In this document: positions 34,671 through 46,854 of the stretch, in pieces
Layout of the letters: the number at the start of each line of letters is the position of its first letter
Position numbering within the stretch: the first letter of the stretch is position 1
Source: Candidatus Fimenecus sp.
Lineage (GTDB): Bacteria; Bacillota; Clostridia; Oscillospirales; Acutalibacteraceae
NCBI GenBank assembly: GCA_045633505.1
Contig: JAZQYK010000061.1
Coordinates: forward strand, 1,213-65,212
DNA: 64,000 nucleotides
Direction: 5' to 3'
Notes under the pieces: model-generated
Database searches by the model: none
Told to the model about the DNA's origin: nothing
Seen by the model: only the letters and a program-made list of their open reading frames with translations
Translations under genes and position numbers: made by a program

Positions 34671-35901
34671 AAAAGTTATAGTAATCGGCGCGGGTGCTTC
34701 AGGTACGATTGCCTCAGGCATTGCCGCACAAAACGGAGCAGACGTTCTGCTTTTAGAGCGCAACGAAAAAATTGCGCGAAAAGTTATGATTACGGGTAAA
34801 GGCAGATGTAACGTAACGAATAACGTCAGTGATGTGCAGGAGTTCATTCAGAACGTTCCAGGTAACGGAAGATTTTTATACAGCGCCTTCTCAAGTTTCA
34901 GTTCTCAGGACACTATGGACTTCTTTGAAAGCTACGGTGTACCGCTGAAGGTTGAAAGAGGCAACAGAGTGTTTCCCGTAAGTGATAAAGCCGTTGACGT
35001 TGTTGACGCTTTAAATAAATTTATTTCACAGAATAACGTGAAAAGAAAAACAGAACGTGCAGTATCATTGTTGATTGACAATAACGAAATTAAAGGTGTT
35101 GTAACAGACCTTGGTAATGAATATTACGCAGATGCCGTTATAATTGCGACGGGTGGCTTGTCTTATCCCAAAACAGGCTCAAGCGGTGACGGTTACGCTT
35201 TGGCTAAATCGGCAGGTCATACTGTTACTGAATTGAGACCGTCATTGTCGGCGCTTGTGTGTCGCGAAGGTATTTGCAGTGAGTGTATGGGATTATCACT
35301 TAAAAACGTTGCAATAAAGATTTTTGATACACAGAAGAAAAAAGAAATTTATGACGATTTCGGTGAAATGCTGTTTACACATTTTGGCGTTTCAGGACCA
35401 ATGATTTTGTCAGCAAGCGCTCATCTTCGCAATATGGAAAAAGAGAGATATGAAATATTACTCGATTTGAAACCTGCATTGACTCACGAAAAATTAGATG
35501 CACGAATTCTGCGTGATTTTTCAGAGAACAGCAATAAATCAATTTCAAACGTTTTGGCATCGCTTTTACCAAAATCAATGATAATGCCGATTCTTAAAAT
35601 GGCACAGATTAAGCCGTCTGAAAAAGCAAATCAGATTACGAAGGAAATGCGGAAAAAACTTGTTGATACGGTAAAAGCTGTAAAATTAACCGTTATGGAT
35701 TTTAACGATATTTCCGAAGCAATTGTTACTTCGGGCGGCGTGAAAACAAGTGAAATCAACCCGAAAACTATGGAAAGCAAACTCTGCAAGGGATTGTTTT
35801 TCGCAGGTGAGGTAATTGACTGTGACGGATATACGGGTGGATTTAATCTTCAAATAGCATTTTCAACCGGTTATTTAGCCGGTCAAAATTCAGCAATTTA
35901 A
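34663..35901 (+). CDS. NAD(P)/FAD-dependent oxidoreductase, BaiN/HI0933 (YhiN) family
   Basis: VIVIGAGASG dinucleotide fold, GKGRCNVTN and TSGGV..EI.P.TMESK motifs. The ATG at 34663 overlaps the regulator stop. Confidence 0.8.
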   Translation: MSRKVIVIGAGASGTIASGIAAQNGADVLLLERNEKIARKVMITGKGRCNVTNNVSDVQEFIQNVPGNGRFLYSAFSSFSSQDTMDFFESYGVPLKVERGNRVFPVSDKAVDVVDALNKFISQNNVKRKTERAVSLLIDNNEIKGVVTDLGNEYYADAVIIATGGLSYPKTGSSGDGYALAKSAGHTVTELRPSLSALVCREGICSECMGLSLKNVAIKIFDTQKKKEIYDDFGEMLFTHFGVSGPMILSASAHLRNMEKERYEILLDLKPALTHEKLDARILRDFSENSNKSISNVLASLLPKSMIMPILKMAQIKPSEKANQITKEMRKKLVDTVKAVKLTVMDFNDISEAIVTSGGVKTSEINPKTMESKLCKGLFFAGEVIDCDGYTGGFNLQIAFSTGYLAGQNSAI

Positions 35902-35946
35902 TAAAATGTTTACACAATAATAATTATTTTAAGGGAGAAATATGTT

Positions 35947-36609
35947 ATGATTAATGTTGCAATTGACGGACCTGCCGGTGCAGGAAAAAGTACCGTTGCT
36001 CGTGCAGCGGCACAAAAATTAGGCTATATTTACGTTGATACTGGTGCGCTTTACAGAGCAATTGGCGTGTATTGCCTTAGAAATTCAATAGTTACGACTG
36101 ACGCTGATGCAGTAGGCGCAATCCTTGCTGACGTGACGGTTGAACTTAAATTCATCGATGGCGTGCAACACGTGTTTTTGAACGGCGATGACGTTTCAGT
36201 TGAAATCAGACTTCCTGAGGCTTCAATGGCAGCGTCAAACGTTTCAGCAATTCCTGCCGTACGTGCATTTTTGTTTGATTTACAGAGAAATATTGCCGCA
36301 AGCAACAACTGCCTTATGGACGGAAGAGATATCGGTACGGTAGTTCTTCCTGATGCACAAGTTAAAATCTTCTTGACTGCTGACCCTGAAGAAAGAGCGA
36401 TGAGAAGATTTAAGGAGCTTCAGGAAAAAGGCAGTAACGTTACTTTTGAAGAAGTGCTTGAAGATTTAAAGGTGAGAGATTATAACGACTCACATCGTGA
36501 AATCGCACCGTTAAAACCCGCTGAAGATTCCGTAATCGTTAACACAACGGGAATGACTCTTGAAGAATCAATTGATACGATTGTAAGAACAGTTGAGGAG
36601 AAAATATAA
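35947..36609 (+). CDS. cmk: Cytidylate kinase
   Basis: IAIDGPAGAGKST P-loop, DTGA.YRA and DGRDIGT motifs. Confidence 0.9.
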   Translation: MINVAIDGPAGAGKSTVARAAAQKLGYIYVDTGALYRAIGVYCLRNSIVTTDADAVGAILADVTVELKFIDGVQHVFLNGDDVSVEIRLPEASMAASNVSAIPAVRAFLFDLQRNIAASNNCLMDGRDIGTVVLPDAQVKIFLTADPEERAMRRFKELQEKGSNVTFEEVLEDLKVRDYNDSHREIAPLKPAEDSVIVNTTGMTLEESIDTIVRTVEEKI

Positions 36610-37257
36610 ATGTCCGTAACCCCAAAATTTGATTACACAAAATTTAATAAATATAAAATGATGGATGTAATCAGACCCGTTGGCAATCTGTTTTGCAAGA
36701 CCTATTATAAAGTTGAATTTGAAGGACTTGAAAATATTGACCGTCAGGGTGGATTTATTATTGCACCGAATCACGTTACAGAATTTGACCCATTGTTTAT
36801 TGCGATGGCTTCTAAGCGATTGTTTTACTATATTGCAAAATATGAACTTTTTGAAAACGCTTTGCTTAATAAAGCCATCACTCACCTTAACGGATTTCCG
36901 ATTGTGAGGGGAAAAGGCGATATGGTTGCAATCAACTATGCCGTTGAGCTTGTAAAACGCGGCGAAGTTCTTTGCATTTTCCCCGAGGGCACTCGTTCTG
37001 AAGACGGTACACCTCAAAAAGCAAAATCAGGTGTCGGCTTTATTGCGCGAAAAACGGGTGCTGATATAATTCCTACTGCGATTTATATGGAAGACAGACA
37101 TAAAAAAGGCTCAAAGGTTATTATAAAGTTTGGAAAAGCCATTGAATATAAAGATATGGGCTTTACAGATGGCGGAAAAACAAAAGAAAACAAAGCAGTT
37201 GCAAGCAGGGTAATGGATGAAATAACTGCTCTTTGGGAGGAATGTAGGTGCAGATAA
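36610..37257 (+). CDS. plsC: 1-acyl-sn-glycerol-3-phosphate acyltransferase
   Basis: NHVTEFDP (HxxxxD) and FPEGTRS motifs. It starts immediately after the cmk stop. Confidence 0.8.
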   Translation: MSVTPKFDYTKFNKYKMMDVIRPVGNLFCKTYYKVEFEGLENIDRQGGFIIAPNHVTEFDPLFIAMASKRLFYYIAKYELFENALLNKAITHLNGFPIVRGKGDMVAINYAVELVKRGEVLCIFPEGTRSEDGTPQKAKSGVGFIARKTGADIIPTAIYMEDRHKKGSKVIIKFGKAIEYKDMGFTDGGKTKENKAVASRVMDEITALWEECRCR

Positions 37258-39275
37258 CTCTTGCTAAAACAGCAGGATTTTGCTTTGGTGTAAATCGTGC
37301 TGTAAATATGCTTTATGACTTGGTGGAAAGCGGTGTGGATGTTTGCACCTTTGGTCCGATTATTCATAATCCGCAGGTTATTTCCGATTTAGAATCAAAG
37401 GGTGTCAATATTCTTGAAAATATTACCGATGCTGTGAATAATAAAAAAGTTGTTATCAGAACACACGGCGTTGAGAGAAGCATTCTTGAATACTGCGAAA
37501 ATAATTCTCTTGATTATATCGACGCTACTTGTCCGTTTGTCAAAAAGATTCATAAAATCGTGCGTGAAAATTCAAAAGAGGATTTGCCCGTGCTGATTGC
37601 AGGGGATAAAAAGCACCCTGAAGTAGTTGGTATAAAAAGCTATTGTGCAGGGGATTGCTTTGTGTTTAATTCCTGCGATGAGCTTGATGAAATATTAAAA
37701 AATAACAAATTTGACCCGCAAAAACCGTTTCTTGTGGTGTCACAGACAACTTTTAGCACAAAAGAATGGAAAAAATGTGTAAAAAAAATAAATTTACACT
37801 ATACAAATGCCATTATTTTTGATACAATATGTAATGCGACCGAAGAAAGACAGGCAGAAGCACTGTTATTATCCAAGAAAAATGATGCTATGATAATAAT
37901 CGGTGGTCGAACAAGCTCAAATACTGCAAAACTTAAAGCTGTGTGTGAGCAAAACTGCCCGACTTATTTGATTGAAACGGCAAAAGAGCTTTTGGACATA
38001 GCCTTTTGTGATGTTCAGTCAATAGGCGTTACTGCCGGTGCTTCAACACCTGACAGTATTATTAAGGAGGTAATAAAAACTATGTCCGAGATTTTTGAAA
38101 ACGCAAACACAACTAATATGGAGGAGACCGCAGGCTTTGAGCAGATGCTTGAAGAATCACTCAACAGTATGAGTTCTGACCAGAACGTTATCGGTACTGT
38201 TGTTGGATTTACAGCAACCGAAATTCAGGTTGAAATTGCAGGCAGAAAGCACACAGGCTATGTTTCTTTTGATGAATATAGTGACGACCCATCAGCTGAC
38301 CCAAAAGCAGAGCTTAAAATCGGCGACGAAATCAAGCTTCGCATTATGAAGACAAATGATGTTGAAGGTACAATCAAACTTTCAAAGCGTCTTTATGACC
38401 GCGGTGCAATCTGGGAAAACATTGAAGCTGACGACACAATTCACACTGGTTTAGTTACAGGTATCGTTGGTGACAACAAGGGTGTATTCGTTCAGAGCGG
38501 CGCAATTAAAGTGTTCGTTCCTGCTTCCCTTGCAAAGATGAGAAGAAGCGATTCTCTTGAAGACCTTCTCAAGACAGAAGTTGAGTACAAGATTATTGAA
38601 GTTAACAAGCAGAGAAGAAAGGTTGTTGGCTCAATCCGTGAAGTTGCAGCAGCAAAGAAACAGGAAGTTGTTGATGCATTCTGGGCGAATATTGCAGAAG
38701 GCAACGTTTATACAGGTACAGTCAGAAGCCTTACAAACTACGGCGCATTCGTTGACCTTGGCGGCGTTGACGGTATGGTACATATCTCTGAACTTTCATG
38801 GCAGAGAATCAAGCACCCGTCAGAAGTTGTTAAAGTTGGCGACACAGTTGAAGTTTACGTAAAGGAACTTGACAGAGAAAACAAGAAGATTTCTCTTGGC
38901 TATAAGAAAGTAGAAGACAATCCATGGGAAATCCTTAAACGTGATTACCCTGTTGACAGTGAAGTTGACGTAAAGATTGTAAGTCTCACCTCATTCGGTG
39001 CATTTGCACAGATTATCCCTGGTGTTGACGGTCTCGTTCACATTTCTCAGATTGCTCACAAGCATATCGGTACACCTTCAGAGGTTCTCAAGGTTGGCGA
39101 CGTTGTTAAGGCTAAGATTATGGAAATCGATTTCGATAAGAAGAGAGTTAGTCTTTCAATCAAAGCTCTTATCGACCCACCTGTAGTTGAAGAAGTTGTT
39201 GAAGAAGTTGTTGAAGAAGTTGCTGAAGAAGTAACTGAAGCACCTGCAACAGAAGAAGTTGCTACAGAAGAATAA
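37248..39275 (+). CDS. ispH: Bifunctional 4-hydroxy-3-methylbut-2-enyl diphosphate reductase (IspH) / ribosomal protein S1 fusion
   Basis: The N-terminal ~280 aa are IspH (GFCFGV.RAV, HNP, SSNT). Four S1-type OB repeats follow (G.V......GAFV.L.G..G..H.SE.), then an acidic VEE-repeat tail. Confidence 0.9.
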   Translation: MQITLAKTAGFCFGVNRAVNMLYDLVESGVDVCTFGPIIHNPQVISDLESKGVNILENITDAVNNKKVVIRTHGVERSILEYCENNSLDYIDATCPFVKKIHKIVRENSKEDLPVLIAGDKKHPEVVGIKSYCAGDCFVFNSCDELDEILKNNKFDPQKPFLVVSQTTFSTKEWKKCVKKINLHYTNAIIFDTICNATEERQAEALLLSKKNDAMIIIGGRTSSNTAKLKAVCEQNCPTYLIETAKELLDIAFCDVQSIGVTAGASTPDSIIKEVIKTMSEIFENANTTNMEETAGFEQMLEESLNSMSSDQNVIGTVVGFTATEIQVEIAGRKHTGYVSFDEYSDDPSADPKAELKIGDEIKLRIMKTNDVEGTIKLSKRLYDRGAIWENIEADDTIHTGLVTGIVGDNKGVFVQSGAIKVFVPASLAKMRRSDSLEDLLKTEVEYKIIEVNKQRRKVVGSIREVAAAKKQEVVDAFWANIAEGNVYTGTVRSLTNYGAFVDLGGVDGMVHISELSWQRIKHPSEVVKVGDTVEVYVKELDRENKKISLGYKKVEDNPWEILKRDYPVDSEVDVKIVSLTSFGAFAQIIPGVDGLVHISQIAHKHIGTPSEVLKVGDVVKAKIMEIDFDKKRVSLSIKALIDPPVVEEVVEEVVEEVAEEVTEAPATEEVATEE

Positions 39276-39309
39276 TTAAATCGGCATTAAGGCCGTAAAG
39301 TAATGAATC

Positions 39310-39347
39310 AGGTCAGATGATGCTAAACACCGTCTGACCTGTTTTTT
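39310..39347 (+). terminator. Rho-independent terminator
   Basis: aggtcagatg / cgtctgacct stem followed by TTTTTT. Confidence 0.75.
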
Positions 39348-39364
39348 ATACGAGGTAATAAGTT

Positions 39365-41101
39365 ATGAAAAAAGGATTGGCTGTTTTATCGGGAATTGCT
39401 GCCGCAGGTACTGCCGTTGGCAGCGGTTTGTTATACTTGAAGAAAAAGAAAATTTGTCCTGTTTGTGAAGTTAAAAAGGCAATGGCAAAAACTAAAATTC
39501 ATTATACGAAGGATGAAATGTACAATAACGGCGCAGGACTTACTCCGCCAATGGGGTGGTCAAGCTGGAATCTTTTCAGACACAGAATTGACGAAAACGT
39601 TTTCGTTTCTATTGCAAAGGCAATGAAAGAAAGCGGACTTCGTGACGCAGGATACGTTTACGTTAATATTGATGACTGTTGGCAATCCTCAATGCGTGAT
39701 GATAAAGGACGAATGCAGGGCGACTTGACCACGTTTCCGCACGGAATAAAATGGCTTGTCGATGAGGTCAATAAACTTGGATTAAAACTCGGCATTTATT
39801 CTTCAAACGGTACGCTGACTTGTGAGGATTTACCGGCATCTCTCTATAACGAGAGAATTGATGCTGAAACCTTTGCTGAGTGGGGAATTGAATATTTTAA
39901 ATACGACTATTGCCACCACGTTTTAATTCCGACGGATGCCCCTTATATTGATAGCATAACAATCGGTGGAAAATCACTTGAAAAAGAGCTTGAATTTTCT
40001 GCAAAAGATGCAATTCTTTCAGGTGATGCTAAAATCGTCTATGAAAATGATGGTAAATCTTACGTTAAAGGTCTTTGCAGCGGTTTAGGTGCAATTAAAT
40101 TCGACAATATTGTTGTGTCCGAAGACGGTGAGTACGTATTAACACTTGTTATGCGCAAGAATACCTGCAAGGGACAATTTTGCATAATCACTGTAAACGA
40201 CAGTGATGAATATGACTTTTTGATTTCAGAGCAGAAAGCGTTTTCACGTGAAGGCAGACGTCAGATTGTTGTTAATCTTAAAGCAGGAGTTAACGTAATC
40301 TCAATTACCAATCCAATTGGTTCTCCAATGGACAGCGCCGCAAGACAGTATGAAAAAATGGGATATGAACTTGCTCGTGCAACTAAAAAGTATGCTGAAG
40401 AAAACAATTGTGAAGAAAAGAAAATTCTTTATTCAATTTGTGAATGGGGATGGAATCAGCCTTGGAAATGGGGCGGAAAGGCTGGTAATATTTGGAGAAC
40501 CACACCTGATATTCAGCCAAATTGGGTTTCAGTCGTAGGTATTTATGAAGTGAATGTCAGACTTGATAAATATGCAAGACCGGGTGCTTTCAACGACCCT
40601 GATATGCTTGAGGTCGGCAACGGTAATCTTACGTACGATGAAAACAAATCTCATTTTACTCTTTGGTCTATGATGGCGGCTCCGCTTATTTTAGGTAACG
40701 ATGTAAGAGCCTTTATTAAAGAAGACGGAACCGTTGATAAAGATAATAAGGTTTTGCAGATTTTGACAAATAAGGATGTTATTGCAATTGACCAGGATAA
40801 ACTTGGAATTCAATGTAAAAGAATAAAAACCAATCTTTTACATGATGTTCTCGTCAAGCCCCTTGTGAATAACGAGGTTGCCGTTTGCTTCTTTAATAAA
40901 GGGAATTCTAATGCTTATATGACTTGTGATATGGCTGACGTGCACAACGTAATTGACGTTACGTTGCCTGAAGCGAATTCATACAAATGTGTTGAACTTT
41001 GGGATAAAACAGAGGAAATTATTACCGATAAGCTCAATACAACAGTAGTGCCTCACGGTGTAAAAGTTTTCAGAATTTCTGCAATTCAGCAAGAGGACTG
41101 A
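39365..41101 (+). CDS. Alpha-galactosidase, glycoside hydrolase family 27, N-terminally membrane-anchored, with an inserted ~150-aa segment
   Basis: PPMGWSSWN, YVNIDDCW, EYFKYDYC, CEWG and DPDMLEVGN motifs of GH27. The N-terminus is hydrophobic. Confidence 0.8.
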   Translation: MKKGLAVLSGIAAAGTAVGSGLLYLKKKKICPVCEVKKAMAKTKIHYTKDEMYNNGAGLTPPMGWSSWNLFRHRIDENVFVSIAKAMKESGLRDAGYVYVNIDDCWQSSMRDDKGRMQGDLTTFPHGIKWLVDEVNKLGLKLGIYSSNGTLTCEDLPASLYNERIDAETFAEWGIEYFKYDYCHHVLIPTDAPYIDSITIGGKSLEKELEFSAKDAILSGDAKIVYENDGKSYVKGLCSGLGAIKFDNIVVSEDGEYVLTLVMRKNTCKGQFCIITVNDSDEYDFLISEQKAFSREGRRQIVVNLKAGVNVISITNPIGSPMDSAARQYEKMGYELARATKKYAEENNCEEKKILYSICEWGWNQPWKWGGKAGNIWRTTPDIQPNWVSVVGIYEVNVRLDKYARPGAFNDPDMLEVGNGNLTYDENKSHFTLWSMMAAPLILGNDVRAFIKEDGTVDKDNKVLQILTNKDVIAIDQDKLGIQCKRIKTNLLHDVLVKPLVNNEVAVCFFNKGNSNAYMTCDMADVHNVIDVTLPEANSYKCVELWDKTEEIITDKLNTTVVPHGVKVFRISAIQQED

Positions 41102-41474
41102 TATTATCAAACAAATAAAATGCGATAATTGATAAAACATACCAACAAGCAGAAAACGGCAAGGAAATCTGTCCAAATAAATTGTAGGGAAGATTACTAT
41201 AATCCCAAACAGCAAGAGAGAAAATTCTGTTTACGATTATTCCAACCGATAATTCCAACAGAGTTATGATAACCATTCCCAACAAGGCTTTGAGAAATAT
41301 GGAAGTGTTTGGAAATGAGCTGTGGATTAAATATAGGGACAGAAAAGCCGAACCGCCTGTGAGTAACATTGACCAGTGGGTGTAACCGCGAAAGGCTACT
41401 TCAATGGCACCGTAACCGATTCCACCCACTAGAAATATAATTAAATAAACAATCGAGTTTTTCAAAAAAATCAC
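41070..41474 (-). CDS. Small polytopic membrane protein (putative ABC-transporter type IV / CmpB-like family)
   Basis: Four predicted TM helices, with a YGAIEV.FRG.THWSM motif recalled from that family. Its 3' end overlaps the GH27 3' end by 32 nt. Confidence 0.5.
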   Translation of the reverse strand: MIFLKNSIVYLIIFLVGGIGYGAIEVAFRGYTHWSMLLTGGSAFLSLYLIHSSFPNTSIFLKALLGMVIITLLELSVGIIVNRIFSLAVWDYSNLPYNLFGQISLPFSACWYVLSIIAFYLFDNISPLAELQKF

Positions 41475-41534
41475 CTGGATACATTATCCCCAATTTAGTG
41501 GTAAATAATTATAAATGAGCGATTTTATGAATAG

Positions 41535-43544
<2,010 letters not shown>

Positions 43545-43586
43545 CTTTACGGAACGATATTTCTTGTCGTTTCATAAATTATATAG

Positions 43587-43616
43587 AAAAAGGACGGTTA
43601 ACCGTCCTTTTCTTTT
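43587..43616. terminator. Bidirectional terminator between ligA and the pseudouridine synthase gene
   Basis: Perfect palindrome aaaaggacggtt/aaccgtcctttt flanked by A and T runs. Confidence 0.75.
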
Positions 43617-44577
43617 ACAATCCTTTATTATAAAACTCATTCTTAAACCACACGTCATCAACTGTAAATTCTTTATGATTTAAGTATTCAAGTATTCCTG
43701 CATCTGTTGTGAAATCAAACACTAACTTATATGAATATAAGAATTGCTTTTTATAGCCATATTTTTTGTTCTGTGCATTTGTGCCGTATTTTCCGTCACC
43801 TAATAGCGGATGTCCGATTGATGCGAAATGTGCTCTTATCTGATGTGTTCGACCTGTTAAAAGTTCAACTTCAACAAGACTTAATTCACCATCAGTATCA
43901 ATCACATTATACTTTGTACGGATTTCTTTAGAGTCTTCCATTTTCTTTTTAGAAACGGTAACCTTGTTTTTGTTTTCATCCTTTACAAGATAACCTTCAA
44001 GTAATCCGCTCTTTTTCTTAATTTCACCGTGAACAATGCAAAGATAAAATTTGTGTAGTTCACGGTCTTTCATTTTTTGGTTAAGAATACGGAGTGTTTC
44101 TGCATTCTTAGCAGCAATTACAATACCGCCTGTGTTACGGTCAATTCTGTTTACCAAAGAGGGTACAAAGGAATTTTCGTCATCAGGCTTATATTCATCC
44201 TTTTCATATAAATATCGTTTGATTCTGCCAATCAAGGTGTCAATATATTCATTATCGTCAGGGTGGGAGAGTACACCAACTTTTTTATCACAAAGAATAA
44301 TATTTTCATCTTCATAAATAATGTTGAGCTTTTTTGATGCTTTAATAAAATCATATTTTTCAGGTGCTTTCTCGAAAAATTCATCATTGATATACATATC
44401 AACAACGTCACCAACATTAAGACGAGTTGATATCTCTGCTCGTTTGCCGTTTACCTTAATTCTTTTTATACGGATATATTTATATAAAAGTGTTTTAGGG
44501 AGTAAAGGCACACTTTTAGTTATGAATTTGTCAAGACGCTGGTCAGCATCGTTTTTATTGATTGTAAAACTTTTCAT
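43615..44577 (-). CDS. RluA-family 23S rRNA pseudouridine synthase (S4 domain plus catalytic domain)
   Basis: S4-like N-terminus, the catalytic NRIDRNTGG motif (Asp) and GRTHQIRAH. Confidence 0.85.
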   Translation of the reverse strand: MKSFTINKNDADQRLDKFITKSVPLLPKTLLYKYIRIKRIKVNGKRAEISTRLNVGDVVDMYINDEFFEKAPEKYDFIKASKKLNIIYEDENIILCDKKVGVLSHPDDNEYIDTLIGRIKRYLYEKDEYKPDDENSFVPSLVNRIDRNTGGIVIAAKNAETLRILNQKMKDRELHKFYLCIVHGEIKKKSGLLEGYLVKDENKNKVTVSKKKMEDSKEIRTKYNVIDTDGELSLVEVELLTGRTHQIRAHFASIGHPLLGDGKYGTNAQNKKYGYKKQFLYSYKLVFDFTTDAGILEYLNHKEFTVDDVWFKNEFYNKGL

Positions 44578-44681
44578 TTTTGCACCTCAAAATATTATCA
44601 ATTTAATATACCACAACTTAAATCGCATTTCAACTTGAAACTTTCAATATTTTGGTATAGAATTATAAACGGTGATGATTT

Positions 44682-45212
44682 ATGGAAATTAACAAAATTC
44701 ATTATAAACAGTTGACTGACACCCAAAAGATATATCTTGATGCGCCAACGGTTAAAATTCGAGAAAAACTGAATGCGGCATTTAAAAATCCAACCGCAGA
44801 AGATGACTTGACGGGTATATTCGGTAAATTCGATAAAATCGATAAAATGTATAAGGTGAAATATATCTACACCCGAAACAAACAACTCCAACCGATGACC
44901 TTTGAACGATATCATTATTTATTGGATGTAGGTGAGGATGCAAACGGCTCATATATTGAGTATGCAATGGTTTATGACAAACTTTATGACCCACTGATAA
45001 GACTCGTATATCTTTTGGCTGTTTGTGCGGTTTTAGCATATTTGTATTACGTTACAATTAAAGGCACAATGTCGTCTTTTTCTGCAATCACGTTAGGAAT
45101 AATTGTTTTAGCTTCACTTGCACTTGTGTTTAAAAAGTCAAAAGAATCTAAAGAAGAATGTGCAAAAGGCGAAGTTTTGATTAAAAATATTATTTCAGAA
45201 TTGATTTTTTAG
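44682..45212 (+). CDS. Hypothetical protein with two C-terminal TM helices
   Basis: ORF with plausible coding composition. No family recognised. Confidence 0.45.
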   Translation: MEINKIHYKQLTDTQKIYLDAPTVKIREKLNAAFKNPTAEDDLTGIFGKFDKIDKMYKVKYIYTRNKQLQPMTFERYHYLLDVGEDANGSYIEYAMVYDKLYDPLIRLVYLLAVCAVLAYLYYVTIKGTMSSFSAITLGIIVLASLALVFKKSKESKEECAKGEVLIKNIISELIF

Positions 45213-45241
45213 TTGACAAATTAAGTTTAATATTGTATTAT
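45213..45241 (+). promoter_or_regulatory. Sigma-A promoter candidate for the amino-acid ABC transporter operon
   Basis: TTGACA, a 17-nt spacer, then TATTAT. Confidence 0.5.
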
Positions 45242-45285
45242 ACTAACGTATTAACACTTTAACACACTAAAAGGAGTACAAAATT

Positions 45286-46074
45286 ATGAAAATGAAAAAA
45301 TTCCTCGCTGTCCTTATGGCAGTACTTATGATGGCACTTTGCTTCGCTGGTTGCGGTGAAGACAAAGAAATGACTGATATGGAATACGTTAAGGAAAAAG
45401 GCAAGCTCGTTGTTGGTATTACTGACTTCGCACCAATGGATTATCAGGACGAAAACGGCAACTGGATTGGCTTTGATGCTGATATGGCAAAGGCTTTTGC
45501 GGCATATCTTGGCGTTGAGGTTGAATTTGTTGAAATCAACTGGGATAACAAGATTATGGAACTTGACGGCAAAAACATTGACTGCGTTTGGAACGGTATG
45601 ACACTTACTGACGAAGTTAAAGCTGCAATGGATTGTTCAACACCGTATTGCAACAATGCTCAGGTAATCGTTGTTCCTGCTGATAAGGCTGAACAGTATG
45701 CAACTGCTGAGGCTTGTAAAGAACTCAAGTTCGCTGTTGAAGCAGGTTCAGCAGGTAAAGAACAGGCTGATGCTAACGGCTTTACTTATACAGAAGTTCT
45801 TGACCAGGCAACTGCTCTCTCAGAGGTTGCAGCAGGTACTTGTGATGCTGCTATTATCGACTCACTTATGGCTGGCGCTATGATTGGCGAGGGTACAGGC
45901 TATGCAAACCTTACATATACAGCTGGTCTTAACAGTGAAGAATATGGCGTAGGTTTCCGTAAAGGTTCAGACCTCGTTGCACAGTTCAATGCGTTCTATG
46001 CTGCTGAAGTAGCAAACGGAAATGCACAGAAGGTTGCTGAAACTTACGGTGTTCAGGAAGCTCTTATTAAATAA
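45286..46074 (+). CDS. Amino-acid ABC transporter substrate-binding lipoprotein (family 3 SBP)
   Basis: Lipobox LCFAGC and SBP_bac_3-like motifs (G.L.VG....P.......G...GFD.D.A). Confidence 0.85.
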   Translation: MKMKKFLAVLMAVLMMALCFAGCGEDKEMTDMEYVKEKGKLVVGITDFAPMDYQDENGNWIGFDADMAKAFAAYLGVEVEFVEINWDNKIMELDGKNIDCVWNGMTLTDEVKAAMDCSTPYCNNAQVIVVPADKAEQYATAEACKELKFAVEAGSAGKEQADANGFTYTEVLDQATALSEVAAGTCDAAIIDSLMAGAMIGEGTGYANLTYTAGLNSEEYGVGFRKGSDLVAQFNAFYAAEVANGNAQKVAETYGVQEALIK

Positions 46075-46095
46075 TTTTGATTAGCTTTTAATCAA

Positions 46096-46127
46096 AGAAG
46101 AGAGTGTTTTCGGCACTCTCTTCTTTT
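46096..46127 (+). terminator. Intra-operon hairpin (partial terminator) between the SBP and permease genes
   Basis: aagaagagagtg / cactctcttctt stem followed by TT. Confidence 0.5.
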
Positions 46128-46156
46128 GGTGTAATAAATTAGATAGGGTGTTATAA

Positions 46157-46843
46157 TTGTCATTTATCGAACAGTTTCCAATAGTATTTGATGCGTTGAA
46201 CGTTGGATTTATTCAAACCTTAAAACTGTTTATAATAACTTTGGTTGGAGCATTACCGCTCGGTCTTGTTGTTGCATTTGGCTCAATGTCAAAATTTAAG
46301 CCGTTGAGTGCAGTTGTAAAAACAATTGTGTGGGTAATCAGAGGTACTCCTTTGATGCTTCAACTTTTGGTTATTTATTATTTACCGGGCCTCGTATTTC
46401 ATAATAACATCTGGGGTAGCGGTGAAGATGGCCGTTTTATTGCGTCAATTACTGCATTTATTATTAACTATGCCTGCTATTTCTCTGAAATATACCGAGG
46501 CGGTATTCAGGCCGTGCCTTACGGTCAACAAGAGGCAGGTCAGGTTTTGGGTCTTACAAAATCACAGATTTTCTTCAAAATTACACTTTTGCAGATGGTG
46601 AAAAACGTATTGCCGCCGTTGTCAAACGAAATTATCACTCTCGTTAAGGATACTTCTCTTGCGAGAATAATTGCTTTGCAGGAGATTATCTGGGCAGGTC
46701 AGGCGTTTATGAAAGGCTCACAAGGTATTGCGGGTGAAATCTGGCCGTTGTTCTTTACGGGCTTGTATTACCTGATTTTTAGTGGTATTCTGACTGTTGC
46801 TTTAGGCAAAATTGAGAAAAAACTCAGTTATTTCAGAACTTAA
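46157..46843 (+). CDS. Amino-acid ABC transporter permease (His/Glu/Gln/Arg/opine family)
   Basis: BPD_transp_1 EAA-like loop (..[19 protein letters not shown]...Q.F..I.L) and 5 TM helices. Confidence 0.85.
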   Translation: MSFIEQFPIVFDALNVGFIQTLKLFIITLVGALPLGLVVAFGSMSKFKPLSAVVKTIVWVIRGTPLMLQLLVIYYLPGLVFHNNIWGSGEDGRFIASITAFIINYACYFSEIYRGGIQAVPYGQQEAGQVLGLTKSQIFFKITLLQMVKNVLPPLSNEIITLVKDTSLARIIALQEIIWAGQAFMKGSQGIAGEIWPLFFTGLYYLIFSGILTVALGKIEKKLSYFRT

Positions 46844-46854
46844 GGAGGAGTTAT

